A stretch of 63,089 nt of DNA, filler included, from Octopus bimaculoides (taxonomy: Eukaryota), in the NCBI RefSeq assembly GCF_001194135.2. It is 6 parts of 6 records of this genome, joined end to end, with 100 filler letters (N's around TTAATTAATTAA, not from the genome) between each part and the next. Parts side by side here need not be neighbours in the genome. Positions count along the whole stretch, not along the records: positions 1 to 16,762 come from NC_068996.1; 5 more parts are not named here. The stretch is one strand, 5' to 3'. The translations under genes and the position numbers were made by a program. Below the pieces are notes generated by a model that worked only from the letters and a program-made list of their open reading frames with translations, was not told the origin of the DNA and searched no databases. Below are positions 1 to 13,330 of this stretch, in pieces (position 1 is the first letter of the stretch; every line of letters starts with the position of its first letter).

Positions 1-30
<30 letters not shown>

Positions 31-32
<2 letters not shown>

Positions 33-196
33 GACGGGTTCCTTTCAGTTTCCGTTTCCCAAATCCACTCACAAGGCTGTGATCAGCTCGAGGCTATAGT
101 AGAAGACACTTGCCCAAGGTGCCACGTCGTGGGACTGAACCTGGAAACAGGTGGTTCGTAAGCAAGCTTCTTACCATACAGTCACGCCTGCGTCTA
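31..196 (-). mobile_element. SINE family A, 5' half (tRNA-derived head plus CORE-like segment)
   Basis: Reverse complement matches the repeat at 45446-45845 and 55008-55327 (TAGGCGCAGG..GTGTGGTAAG..TTCAGTCCCAC..GCACCTTGGGCAAGTGTCTT..GAAACTGAAAG); ends in (TA)n. Confidence 0.8.
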
Positions 197-3141
197 TAAT
201 GTGTTGCGCGCGCGCGTGTAAGAACTGATAATAAATTCTATTGAAATAGTCAATAAAATCGGTTTCGTCATCACTATATATTCTTTAGTCGGAACTGAAT
301 GATTTTGAGAATTAGAAGTAATAATTTGCAAAGATCCATAATGTTCCAGCCGTAAAGGAGATCCCATTTCATAAAAAACAACACCAAAAAAGCAGAAAGC
401 ATCGGTGTGTACTTTATGATATATCGTACTCTTTCCCCACTCACACATTCATGCACATGCACATACAAATATATATACATACATACATACATACATACAT
501 ACATCGTTTTCTCTTCATGAGAATTAGCATCTCTGTCGATTAAAACAAATACATAAATACAATAAGAAATAAAAATAAAGTTCATTTTTATTCAATATCG
601 GCCCATATACAAAGACATCGGAAAAAAATCTAATTAAAAAAATCGAATGATCCATGAGATAGTGTTTCTCTTATAAAACATTTTTTCATCAAAAGAACGT
701 TATGTGTAATATGTCTTCAATAGCAACCGATATTTTTGTGAAATAAGATATTCTTCACGTCTGGAAAATTTTAAAATTTGATTTTTTTTTTTTCCCTGAT
801 TTTCATCACAATATATAATTCTCGAATGAGATTTTATTAATGATGAAAGCATTTTTTGGTCGAGGATATTTGAATTGTATTTGTTAATTTTGATAAATGT
901 ATATTTTGCTGGACCAGCGTGGAGCATGATGTGAATAGTACCACCACAGATTGTAATGTGAAAATGATTCGAAAAAATAATTATACCGCTTCGTCCATTG
1001 CGCGAATTAACAAGAGACGTGTTCAGATCAGAGTGGACTGTTCGAAAAATATATTGCAGTCTCCATCAAATACTCGTACAGACAGCAATAGTCTTGTAAC
1101 TAATTCTGGAAAGCATTGGGTAGAAGCTCAAAGGATGCGGGTCACAGGCTCCCGAAGTGGAATTATAATTGCTTCTGATAGGACCGTATGGACGAGCTGC
1201 CTAAGGACTCTACTCCCAAGACCTTTTATGGAATAGCAGACAGAGGTGATAGACAGATGGATGGTATACTTTTGCTTCAATGTTTTCTCATACCTCCATT
1301 ATGAGATTTAAACTGAATTAAATATGAGCTCATACAATAATGAATTGATCACTCAGGACGCTTCATATTTATCCCCACCCACATGGCCTGACGCAAGTTA
1401 TAGCAAGCTTTCATGAGGAAAATAACCCTCTCTCAACATCAGATGAATATTCTCAGAAATATTTAGGTGTGTAGTAAGATTGACCGTAAGTCAAAAATAC
1501 GTTTGTGTATATTGGAGATTATCTATTTCAGTTAGTGTTACTTCCCACCGATATTTAGTACATAAACAACTAATTGTTTATGATGTGTGGAGCAAGTGCA
1601 GTGTTTATAAATGTTATTGATATCACATAAGCTGCGGTACTTCGTCCAAAGGAGATTCTTTGAAAGGTGTATAGTGTTAAAAGCACAGCAATATTCAAAG
1701 GGAAGCGAAATTAAATAGCGCTGGATGTAAAAGACAGTGACATATACCGATATTTCGCGGTTATTTCCGCTCAACAGTACCACATATTTCTCCATCATGT
1801 TGTTTAGATAAACGCCACTGGCTGCTCAGAGATATTTTATATTCATCGCATTTTGGCTCATATGCATACGAGGCTTCTTTTTCCTTTTCATGTGTAAGTT
1901 GGCAAATGCCGGTACGCCAACTGATGCCATGTGCATGATACTTTTGAAAGTGGGGAGAGGCCTTACACACAACTGATTCCGCTTTCTGAACAATGATGAC
2001 AGCTAGGCCAAAGACACAAAAAAAAATTAGTCTACATCATTACCGGTCATTGAGTTAGAGGTTTTACATAAGAGTTTTCCTTCTCACGTGGCAATATCCT
2101 GACAAAAACTAGGTGTTGCTCATTCCCACTAATATGGTACACCATTCCTACATTCACATTCTCATGGTTCTCTGGTGACTGAACCTGTTGTGCCAATCTA
2201 TTGCTGAAAACCTGTTAATTCTTAGCTTAGCCACTGTTTTCTGGATCATAATCACCAAGTTGTCAATGCAGGAACTATCGCAGTCCATGCAAACTTGTAA
2301 TATCAGGCTTGTGTATACAGTATTGGATGGCTGCTAACTTTAATGTGTTCACCATCCGTTGACAGGTTTTGCTTTTCATTCTGAGGAGTGTCTAATCACC
2401 CTCCTCTCTAAGCAAACACACACACACGAACACGCACACACATATATGTATGTATTTATGTATATATGTATGTGTATATATATATATATATATATATGTA
2501 TTTATGTATATATATGTACGTATATATGCATGTATACGTACATACATAAAGCATACATACATATATATACATATAAGAGTTGTAAATACTGGTAAATATT
2601 TTCTGCAGGAGACTGGAAAATTTTGGGAATTATTTATTCATTATTACACGTGTTTCATTTGCTAATAAGTGTTACAAAATTGTACATGTACTAGAAGACA
2701 TGCAAAATATCTCGTAATATTTATGTGCATATGTGTAGATATAGATATGACGAGAGATAGTAGGTTCTCTTTCTCTCTCTCTCTCTCACTCTCTGTCTTA
2801 GTCTCTGTTTGTCTGTCTATCTATCTATCTACTACGACGAAAATATTTTGACATTAAATTTAAATGTTGAAGTGTCTTTTTAAATGGCTTATAAACACCT
2901 TCCACACTGCAATTGTTTTCGTTCCAGCACACGATCACAGATCAGGTCACTTGCTAAGCAAGTACATCTCTCTCTCTCTCTCTCTCTCCCGCTCATTCTC
3001 ACTCTTCTTAGCTACAACCTTTTCTAATAATCTTTTCCTTTTCTTTGCCTTTATTTTTTTATCATTTCCTTCTTTTTTTCCTCTCCTTAACAGACTGTCT
3101 ATGTATCAATCTGTCTATCAATCTGTCTATCTGTCTATCTA

Positions 3142-3180
<39 letters not shown>

Positions 3181-4469
3181 NNNNNNNNNNNNNNNNNNNN
3201 NNNNNNNNNNNNNNNNNNNNNNNNNNNNNNNNNNNNNNNNNNNNNNNNNNNNNNNNNATATATATATATATATATATATAACTATCTATCTGTATATGCT
3301 TGTCTCTCTCCCTGTGTGAGTACGTACGTAAATATATTTAGATAACAGATACAAATACAAGAGCAATGAAAATAGCACGTACAACTCCCCTCATCTGACG
3401 CAGCATACTGCTGTACACTTGTAATTCTCCTTAAACTCCTTTTCAGCTCTCGTTTCCGACTCAAATGCATCTGCGTGATTCATTGGCTTATAACTCTAAT
3501 ACCCGCCCTGTTTAGTAAAACTTCTAACCCCTTGGGTGTCTTTAACTGAGTGTACTTTTTTTTTTCTCACTCACCCTCATCTGCCACCCAGCTTTTCTGA
3601 GAAACTTCAGCGGCAATGATTGTCAAATAATATGTTTTTGGAAGCTGCTTTTTATCAGCTGGTGCATAACCCGTGTCCTGTATACCCCACCTCCTTTTAC
3701 TGGCGGGCCTTTCAAGTGAGCGCTGTACTTTTCAAAGGCACACTTGGGGAAACTGACTTCCAGCTGGGATACTTATAAGGATCGATAGAGTAGCAAACGG
3801 TAACTCAGGAACCTTGGTCTTCCTTCTCTCTCTCTTTCTTTCCCCCTCTCTTTCTCTCTTTCCACTCGACATTTTTCTGCCAAACTTGATTCCTAATAAG
3901 TATGCTATTTATCACTTCCACAATTCTATTTTCTTTACTCCGGTGTCTTAGAAACTTCAGTCAAAACATGACAACCCACCATTCAAATCTTTTTTCACCC
4001 TCATTAAACCATCTTTACTGTCAAAGCTACACTTAACTTGTCTCTAGAGCACACCACATGCATCTTCACCACCACCCTTCTTATATCAAAACCGAAACTG
4101 ATGGTATGAATTTGCCAAATGTTTGCCATCTTGAACTGTTTACACCAGAGAGTCTTGTCAACTACTTATATGTCTGTCAGGCCCCACCGACTCCCTTTCA
4201 TATCCTACTTACTTTCAAACCCAAACACTACCTTTCTCATCATAAGATCAGCTTCCGCAAACTCATCTGATATTTTATGAATAACGGGACTTACTCAATA
4301 ACAACTGATTGACTGTACGACGCTTTCTTAAAATACAAAATATGGTACCTCACACAACCACTGTGCTATATGTATGTATCGCGCACGCACACATATTCAC
4401 CTCCCTTTTTCACTCTCCTGTCTTAGAAAGTACTTTTCCTCCACCACTTCCTCTTCCGGTCCTTCCACA

Positions 4470-4630
4470 ATGTAACCTCGTGGACATCGGTGCTGACTTT
4501 TTCTTCCTCCGTTTTTCCCTTCTTTGAACTTTCCTTGTTTCCGACGAAGGGCTCCGCCCGAAACGTCTTACTCTCTCTTTCCTTTCCCGAGCGTCTAATA
4601 ACACTATCCGTATCACGTCCTCACGTTGTT
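4470..4630 (+). mobile_element. PLE-type terminal-repeat family copy carrying a minimal hammerhead motif
   Basis: Homologous to 28081-28300 (shared TTTCCGAnGAAG..CTCCGC.CGAAACGT, GAGCGTC.AATAACACT, CACGTCCTC.CGTTGTTGT). Confidence 0.6.
4541..4567 (+). ncRNA. Minimal type-I hammerhead motif, U4C variant
   Basis: CCGACGA-A-GGGC-TCC-GCCC-GAAAC-GTC; 4-bp stem II, palindromic ACGT stem III, stem I poorly paired. Confidence 0.5.
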
Positions 4631-4737
4631 GTTTTTTGTTATTTTGGGGGNNNNNNNNNNNNNNNNNNNNNNNNNNNNNNNNNNNNNNNNNNNNNNNNNN
4701 NNNNNNNNNNNNNNNNNNNNNNNNNNNNNNNNNNNNN

Positions 4738-4769
<32 letters not shown>

Positions 4770-5348
4770 TAACTATGATACCTCACACAGCCTGTGTTAT
4801 ATTCTCACCAACGCAATAATATCACACTACGTTGTATACATTACGAAGCAAATTTTCTCTTTTCTCTCTAAACACGGTGCATGTCAATGCGTACTAAAAG
4901 CTTCGATCTTTTCATAAGCGTTGGTCTACACCATCTTCTACCTCACTCTGCTAATGACCTCCAAGCCGTACTCGATATATTACTTATCTTGGCAGCATTC
5001 ATGGCAACCCTCTGTTTCTAACATTAACCGACATTGCATCTCAAATAGTTGGCTAACCGACGCTCAACAAGTTAGAAGTGTTCAGCGTAGAGAAGTAATT
5101 CTTTAAACAAAATAAAGAGCCATTCATTACTCGGTTGCAGTCAAATCTTCTCCCTAGCCTCTCTTTGGATAATGTTGTTCAACACGCTTTTTTAATAATA
5201 TAAAGGCTAAAGACAGTTTCCAGCATACAAGCTGATTAGATTGATAAGTAAAATACGAGTCCAGATTGATGGAATGGCTTAGTGGTTAAGACTGAGGCAC
5301 TGTGCGCCTTGAGGTACTTTTGCTTTCCATTTGAAGCGAGAGGGGGAG

Positions 5349-5398
<50 letters not shown>

Positions 5399-5927
5399 TG
5401 AGAGAGAAAGAGAGGAAAAGATAAAAGCGCAAGTGGGTTGAAACGCTTCCAAGCATGGGAAACTTTTTTTCGAAAAAGACCAAATCAAGATCCGTGTTTT
5501 TGAAGGAGATAAATATGGGAGTGCAGATCTACGATCTAATGAGACACACAGTGGCCCCTAGTACACAAATATACACGCAAACACACATACACATAAAACA
5601 TACATACACACACACAAACACACTCACAAACGCGCGCGCAGTCATTAATTAGAGAAGCTTATATGGCAACCAGTTGATTTGAAATTCAATCCTACTGCGT
5701 GGTACCTCGCATAAACACACTCACAAACGCGCGCGCAGTCATTGAATGAGGTACCTTTTAAAAGTCACCTAACGAGACACATCTACGCCGAAGGATGCAC
5801 CATAACTAGTGGCATAGTATTTCGCTCTCACTCGCGAAGAATCGAGGCAAGATGAGTCGAAACGATCGTTGTCATCAATAAAGAATCTCGCGAATTCAAT
5901 TTTCTATTTTTCTCATTTGTATATATA

Positions 5928-7002
5928 CAGGGGTTGGACAAAATAATAGAAACACCTTAAAATTTCAAACAAATTTATTTCAATATGGGGTAAGACCGCC
6001 TTTGGCAGTAATTACAGCTTGAATTCTGAGGTATGGACTCATACAAAGTTTGAATTGTTTCCAAAGGAATTTTTGTCCATTCTTCAGCTAAAACAGTCTC
6101 CAGTTCTTGTAGTGGTGATGGTGAAGGATATTGACCCCCTTACTTGTTCCTCTAAAATGCACTATAAATGTTCAATAATATTGAGATCTGGGGACTGTGG
6201 TGGCCAGATAAGATGTTCAACTTCACTAGAATGTTCGTGGTGCCATTCATTAACAACTTTAGCTGTGTGAATTGGTGCATTATCATCCTGAAAGATTGCG
6301 TTTACCTTCCGGAAACGCAATCTTCACACGTATACTTAGCTGGTGGTCGGAAATAAGGTAAATGATGACTCGTCCAAGAAAATAACATTCTTCCACTGCT
6401 CTAGGGACCAATTCTGTAGGTTTTTACTCCACTCTAAACACTCTGCAATGTTTGTTTTTGAAAGCAGTGGTTTTCAGATTGCAGCCCTCCCACGAAATCC
6501 GGCTTTGTGCATCTCCCGGCGAACAGTTCTTGTGGAAACTGGATTCTCGAGGTAGTCATTAAGCTCTGCAGTAATTTTGGGAGCTGTATTTCTGTGATCT
6601 TTTTACAATTCGCATGAGAGTCCGACTGAAAGTTCTGGTTTTCTTCCGGAGTTTGTTTCGACGAGGTGGTTTTTTCCTCTTTCTCAAAGACTGTCATTAC
6701 TTTCGAGACAGTACTTCTTGATACACTAAACATTTCGGCTGTTTTCGTTACGCTAGCGCCTGCCATATGAGCACCAACAATTTGACCTCTTTGAAAGTCC
6801 GATGGATCAGTCATTTTATTGAATTTTAATTACCTTTTTCTGATGATATCTGAAAAGAAACAGCAATTTTAGCAAAACATATTAAGCAACACTAATAATA
6901 AAAAGAAAACATAAAAGTAAACAAGCTTTTGACTGTTTTATAGATATTTCAAAATTATGATGTTATGATGCTAGGTGTTTCCATTATTTTGTCCAACCCC
7001 TG
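5928..7002 (-). mobile_element. Tc1-like DNA transposon (DD36E spacing), internally deleted
   Basis: 29-bp terminal inverted repeats (TIRs) CAGGGGTTGGACAAAATAAT(A/G)GAAACACC at 5928-5956 and 6974-7002 (28/29 match); TA on the left flank, TG then (TA)n on the right; transposase remnants inside. Confidence 0.95.
5980..6814 (-). pseudogene. Disrupted Tc1-family transposase
   Basis: N-terminal HTH (SDFQRGQIVGAHMAGASVTKTAEMFSVSRSTVSKV), WKNVIFLDESSF (first D), AIFQDDNAPIHT...WPPQSPDLNIIE, C-terminal RIQAVITAKGGLTPY*, AATAAA after the stop; frameshifts, stops and a deletion at ~6325. Confidence 0.9.
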
Positions 7003-7563
7003 TGTATATATATATATATATATATACACGCATATACATATATATATATATAAATACACATATATATATACATTAATACATACATGCTTACATACATGCA
7101 TGCATAAAATGTACATGTGTTTGTGTTTGTCACTATCACTACTTCGCAACGAGTGTTGGTTTGTTTATCGCTAGAAACTAGATGTTTTGATAACAAGTCT
7201 TCCATAGTATAGTACTAAACCTGAATGTGAAAGGAATGAAGTCTAATTATCTGACTGAAGTTTACAAGGCGGTGACGCAGCGAGGCCGCAGTCCACTGAG
7301 TAAAACAATTGAACAAAAGAGGTAAAAATGTACATATGGGTGTGCGTTTGTGTGTGTATATGCATGTATGCGTGTATGTGTGTATGCGTGTACGTGTATG
7401 CACACTTACACATACACACATACATACATACACGGAGAGACTATCATTTGACATACACAGTATTTAAATGAAATGCGAATAGTTTCATGCCATGGAAACA
7501 CAATTGTTCAGCAGATTTATATAATATTGCCTTATGTTTCCATGCAATCCTTTAGGTTCAATA

Positions 7564-8534
7564 CATATAATTGGTTTTATTTGGAAAACAGGACGCTGGT
7601 CTGAGAATACACGAGAAAAATTGAGAATAAGGTTGATGCAAAAAGTGACACGAGAAAACGAAAAGTGAATAAAACGGAAAAGGAACATCTTAAAAGAAAC
7701 TCTTATATTTATGATTCACAGGGAAATTGCTCATCTAAGAATCCCAGGAATCTGTTGCCTATGTTAATAGACGCTCGATAAAAGTTTCATACAGCTGTTT
7801 CCCAGTATGAAGAACATGATCACTCGCAAGCCACACCGAAAGCTCACTCCTAGTTGTAACTGTTGTGACCCTGGAGCTAGTGCACTCTACTATATTTGAT
7901 AAACTTCGTTTATGAAGCCGATGTCACAGCAGTGCTCCAAAATAACGTGATCGAAAAGAAAAATTACGTCACTTTATGCGAAGGTAATTTTAAAAGCCGA
8001 CATGCAAAGCAGCAGTCAATTTTCCGACACATTGACAAAAATAAAGCCACTAAGCTGGTTAGTCATGTGTGAGATCTGAAGACTAAATGCATTCCACATA
8101 CAATCAAGTGCAGCACCTTGAAGAAATCTGCTCCATATGCAAATTGATCAAATAATTGTAAGATATTTATAGCTGAAAGCTCGCACATTCATTTTAGATC
8201 CAAGAATTCTACAACACTACTTAGATCCAGATCTAAAATGTTTAGCAAATGCAAACACATGAACAAATTTCTTTTATCGAATTGGAGCTCACCACCCTCT
8301 TTTGATTGAGCAGCTGTTTCAAATCTCGCATAATTTGGCGTTTTCCATGTTCAATTATTCTACACACACTAGATTAATTATGATTCGGATGGGCATAGCG
8401 AATACTCTTTTTTTCTCTTTCCGTTTTTATTTACCCTTTGTTTCCTCGCTTACTTTTTGCATTACCTTTCTTCTAGTTTCTCCTCGTATTTTCTCATAGA
8501 TCAACGTCTTGTTCTTCAAATAGAATCAATTATG
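7564..8534. repeat. Diverged ~120-bp inverted repeats (7564-7682 / 8415-8534) enclosing the PLE fragment
   Basis: By-eye alignment: 7 mismatches in the first 36 aligned bases, all transitions; similarity continues to AAAACGGAAA. Confidence 0.7.
7766..8307 (+). mobile_element. PLE fragment, GIY-YIG endonuclease region (Naiad-like type), degenerate
   Basis: Frameshifted translation NRRSIKVSYSCFPSMKNMI...YEADVTAV...EGNFKSRHAKQQSIFRHIDKNKATKLVSHV*DLKTKCIPHTIK...CKI...RSRSKMFSKCKHMNKFLLSNWS, colinear with the ORF at 29598-30128. Confidence 0.75.
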
Positions 8535-8604
8535 TCTATCTATCCCGTTTTTCTCGTGTATTTTCATAGACCAGCATCTTGTTCTTATCTATCTCTCTTT
8601 CTCC

Positions 8605-8691
<87 letters not shown>

Positions 8692-8931
8692 CCTATTTCT
8701 CAGGCTGTCAGTGATATGTATGTTTATTTAGTATATATATCAATCAGTTTTTCTATCTAAATGTGTCGAAATATTCAAAACGTTTCGGAAAGAAAACTAA
8801 CTTGATAGAGACTGAGTGGCTGAGTGAGAGTGGTTGAAATCGGGAGATGGCAACAGAGGGAAACTATGTGTGCGCGTCTGTGAGTCTGAGAGACTGCATG
8901 TGTGTGTGTGCGCGTATGTATTTATGTGTGT

Positions 8932-8992
<61 letters not shown>

Positions 8993-9859
8993 NNNNNNNN
9001 NNNNNNNNNNNNNNNNNNNNNNNNNNNNNNNNNNNNNNNNNNNNNNNNNNNNNNNNNNNNNNNNNNNNNNNNNNNNNNNNNNNNNNNNNNNNNNNNNNNN
9101 NNNNNNNNNNNNNNNNNNNNNNNNNNNNNNNNNNNNNNNNNNNNNNNNNNNNNNNNNNNNNNNNNNNNNNNNNNNNNNNNNNNNNNNNNNNNNNNNNNNN
9201 NNNNNNNNNNNNNNNNNNNNNNNNNNNNNNNNNNNNNNNNNNNNNNNNNNNNNNNNNNNNNNNNNNNNNNNNNNNNNNNNNNNNNNNNNNNNNNNNNNNN
9301 NNNNNNNNNNNNNNNNNNNNNNNNNNNNNNNNNNNNNNNNNNNNNNNNNNNNNNNNNNNNNNGGAGGGAGGGAGGATGTGGGTGGGTGAGTGGGTGAGGG
9401 ACTGGATGATTGAGGGAGTGTACTCCGCAGTGAGATTGAACCCGAAATCACGTGATTGCAAAGAGTGTTTCTTAACTACACAGCCATCATAAAAAAAATT
9501 TATATAATTATATGCATTGGTTAATTTAGAAGGTGATTTCCAAATTAATGTCTGAATTTTAATTTTAATAACGAGTAGTAGGCATGGCTGCATAGTTAGG
9601 AAGTTCGCTTTGCAACCACGTGATGTCCGGTTCAGTCACTAAATTTAATGGCTGACCATTGCTTTGTGAGAAAATCTTAGTGGACGGAAACTTCGTACAA
9701 GCACATCATACACACCCACACACACATGTGTATAAGTGTGTTTGTGGGTGCGTGAGTGTATGTTCGTGTCCGAAATGAACTTTGCCTTGGGCCCATTTTT
9801 TCAGCCTATCCCTATTTTTGTTTCTCTGTCTGTCTTTCTCCCCATTCTCTCTTTCCCTT

Positions 9860-9894
<35 letters not shown>

Positions 9895-10691
9895 AAGAGT
9901 CATGTTGTGTGTGTATATGTACGAGTTCATGCTTGTTTATATCAAAATGTTTATGTGTGAGAGTACGTTTCGCGTGCGTTTGGGTGTCTACGCCAGTGTT
10001 ACTACAAAGTAGTTATTAAAAAAAAAGAGAAGAAAAAAAAAACCGAATGCGACAATATGTGAAAAAGAAGGCAGATAATATTTATTAAAACATTCTGAAA
10101 TACATTCTGCTTCATTATGAATGTTTATTTGTTATTTGTCTGACTAACATAAAAAAAAAAAAGACAGAAATAATATAAACAAAAACTCTATATTAAAAAA
10201 AAATGTAATGACGCTGTTGCCTTGCAACGTTTGATAAAATTATACACCGAAAAAGAAAACAAGTGTTATCTCTTGCGATAAAGCTTTATATTTTTTTGTT
10301 ATTATTTATTAATTTTGTCTGTTTTGTAGTTTTTCTATATTCATATCTGATAATGTATGTAGTTCCGTAAATGTAGTAGTGTTTCATTTAGTCCCTAACT
10401 TCCGGTCGTTATTTAGATGGCTGACTGATTACACGACGACATAACGCTGCTAACGAAGGTTCAATTCTCATGAAATCATTCGTGAACGGAATTTCTTTGA
10501 CATAATTTTTATTACTATAGGCGCGGATATAGATAGATGTATATTTAAGAAACCTGCTTTGCAACTACTAGGTTTCGTGTTCATTCCTACTGCGCGGCAC
10601 CTTGGACTACAGTTTTCTACTGTAGTGCCGGCCAAGCAATTACATCACTAGTGAATTTGGTAGACGGAAACAACGTGGAAGCAAGGCCTTC

Positions 10692-10764
<73 letters not shown>

Positions 10765-11454
10765 TGTGTGTGTGTGTGTAAGTGTGTGCGTGCGTGCGTG
10801 CGTGTGTGTAAGTGTAAGTGTATATATATATATATATACATACATATAAATATGCATACATACAATTGTATTTCGAGAAGGTCATCATGCCAATTACACA
10901 CACACACGTATGTATGTATATATATATACTGACGAGCTTCCGTAGTTTCTTTCTACCTACTTCACTCATAAGAATATGGTCGGCTCGGAACTATAGTAAA
11001 AGATATCTGCTCCAGGTGTCGCAGAGTAGGACTGAATATGAAATTGCTTTATTGCACTATTGTACCTGAAACACAAAAGCCATGTTTGCAACTATATTAT
11101 CTTACATACAAAAAAAAAAGGAGAAAAATTAAAAAAACTTGTTAAGCCTCGACACATTATGCCTGACAAATGGTGATATCTAGGAATCGCCGTTTATCAA
11201 TTCCTTTTCTGCTTAATCAGACATACAAAAGGTCAATAAAGAATTAATCTTACCGTAGACACAATTGCTAGAAGAGGATAACGTCGATCTTATTGATTCG
11301 AGTAGGGTATTTTATTTTCACGCCCTCGGGTACGTGAAAGACAAAGTTTAACTAAACAGATTTCAAGCCCGAGCCGCCAAGAGCCATAGCTGAATACTAC
11401 AGGGCATTTTGTCTGAGGATTTAACAATTCTGGCAATCTACCACATTTAAATAT

Positions 11455-11720
11455 GAAGGCGCATGGCTCAGTCGTGAAGTTGTGAGTTCGATTGCCAGGA
11501 AATAAAGTGTCTTGGACAAGACACTTTATTTCACGTTGCTCCAGTTCACTCATCTGTAGAAATGAGTTGTGACGTCACTGGTGCCAAGCTGTATCGGCCT
11601 TTGCCTTTCCCTTGGATAACATCAGTAGCGAGGAGAGAAGAGACTGATATGGATGTGCGACTGCTGGTTTTCAACAAACTTGTTTCTCGGACGGGAGCTT
11701 TCTAGGTGTAATCCCACCGA
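11455..11720 (+). mobile_element. SINE family C (tRNA head plus GTGTC.TTG..CAAGACACTT...CCAGTTCACTCA domain)
   Basis: B-box-like GAGTTCGATTG; central block shared with 59545-59775; inverted partial copy near 12000-12200. Confidence 0.6.
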
Positions 11721-12806
11721 GAGGGCTCTTTACTCTTTTTAAATGTTTCATATAGTGACAAAGCCGAAAATGTTGGTGAGTGGGTGTAAGTGACCGGGCA
11801 GCGATATTTGATTATACCATATAAGATTTATAAAGATGAAAAGCAAAGTCGACTTCAACAGAATTCGACTTATAAACGTGGAGAGAGCTTATAATTAAAT
11901 ATCATACGACATTTTGTTCGACGCTCAAATGATTTTATTAACTATTTGCCCTTAGGTAAAAAGTAAAGATAACCCTTAGACCAAACTGTTTCGAGTCCCA
12001 TTGCCGGTTACCCAGTTTTCATGGCGTATAAGTGACAAGGGTTACAATATTTCCTCTGAACCAGGCCATCACAGGGTGATGCATTTGCAGCTGAGTGGAC
12101 TGGAGCAACATGGAGTGTTTTGCTCGAGAATGCAACGCAACGTCTGGTCCGCGAACCGAATCAGTTATGTTGCCATCGTATCACATTCTAATTACTTGGT
12201 CAAGTGCCTCCGTGACTCACCTTTAAAAAGGATACAATAATCGTTTCTAATTTAGACACAAGGCCAGTAATTTGGAGATAAGAGAATTAATTGATTATAT
12301 CAACTCCAGTACTCGAGTCATAATTAATCATATCCTACCCAAAACAAAAATTTGAGTAAAGAATTGAAAAGACCCGAACTAAATGTCGTAAATCATTTTA
12401 TTCGATGCCCTAATGATTCGACCACTCCTCCAAGAGGAAGGACAATGATGATCCATTATCAAGAGCTGGAGAAAAGGGTTTATTAATAAATAAGGTAAAA
12501 ATCAGTCCAGAAAATCAAAGTAGAGTAATATCTTTGTTGTTATGCAGTTTCGGACAGAAAACCTTTGCCACAAAACAAAGGAAAGAAAATGTAAGAGATT
12601 ATCTCACCATTAATTACATACTCAATGGCGGACCGTTTGCTTGTTGTTTCTTCTTTATTATTATTATTATTATTTTTTTTTTTTTTGAGAGTTACTTGTT
12701 GATATATCACCACTGACGCTCTCGATCCTTTATCTTCACTCTCCTACACATTTACTCGCCTACTGCAGACGCTGTTACAACTACGACTGCTACTACCATT
12801 CCTCAT

Positions 12807-12857
<51 letters not shown>

Positions 12858-13164
12858 ACGCCTTTTCTCAAACAGAGGGACAATATTTTTCAAGGACAGT
12901 AGTTATACTTTTAGTCATGACTCTATAAAATTCTTCAGGGATGACATCTACATGAAAAACATAATTAATTGAGGCGCCAATATATTTAACAAGCTTTGCT
13001 TAAAAACTCTTTTTAATCAGAAAAAGGAAGGGAGATAATTCAGGAGGATAAATTGAATATTGCAGGAATATTACAAGAGTGTCTGAAAATTAAGTTTCAT
13101 CTCGGCTAAATTTACTGAAATAACTCTGAGCATGTTTTAATAGAAAATTCCGTAATCAGTATGA

Positions 13165-13330
13165 TGGCGAGTTGGCCGAACCGGTAGCACGCCAGGCAAA
13201 GTGCTTAGGGAAATTTTTCAGCTTTACACTCTCAGTTGAAATTGCACTGAATTCGACTTTGCCTTTCTTCATTTACTGATAGAATAAAGTACCAGTTGAA
13301 CTCTGGGATCGTTGTAGTCGACCATCCCCT
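13165..13330 (+). mobile_element. SINE family B (tRNA head plus GTCGACTTTGCCTTTCATCC domain)
   Basis: Matches 37749-37963, 39980-40179 and 41704-41910; the central block resembles the Nin/Deu-type SINE domain (from memory). Confidence 0.65.

Noticed and set aside
800-2400. Possible decayed reverse transcriptase on the minus strand, and the 105-aa plus ORF at 919-1236
   Set aside because: Only vague echoes (SRNGRSGIIIF; GLSPL) in inconsistent order, with no YxDD; not supportable by eye.
5825-5875. GAAACGATCGT palindrome resembling a hammerhead 3' half
   Set aside because: No CUGAnGA and no convincing stem I or II upstream.
8834-9593. Long ORFs spanning N gaps (also 24183-24891, 28393-29452, 33388-34169, 45940-46965, 58895-59536, 61620-62366)
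   Set aside because: Their length comes from Ns translated as X; only the RTE and GIY-YIG parts noted elsewhere are real.
10617-11069. CV/HT/YI/N/I-repeat ORFs here and throughout the window
   Set aside because: They are translations of (TG)n, (CA)n, (TA)n and (AAT)n microsatellites.
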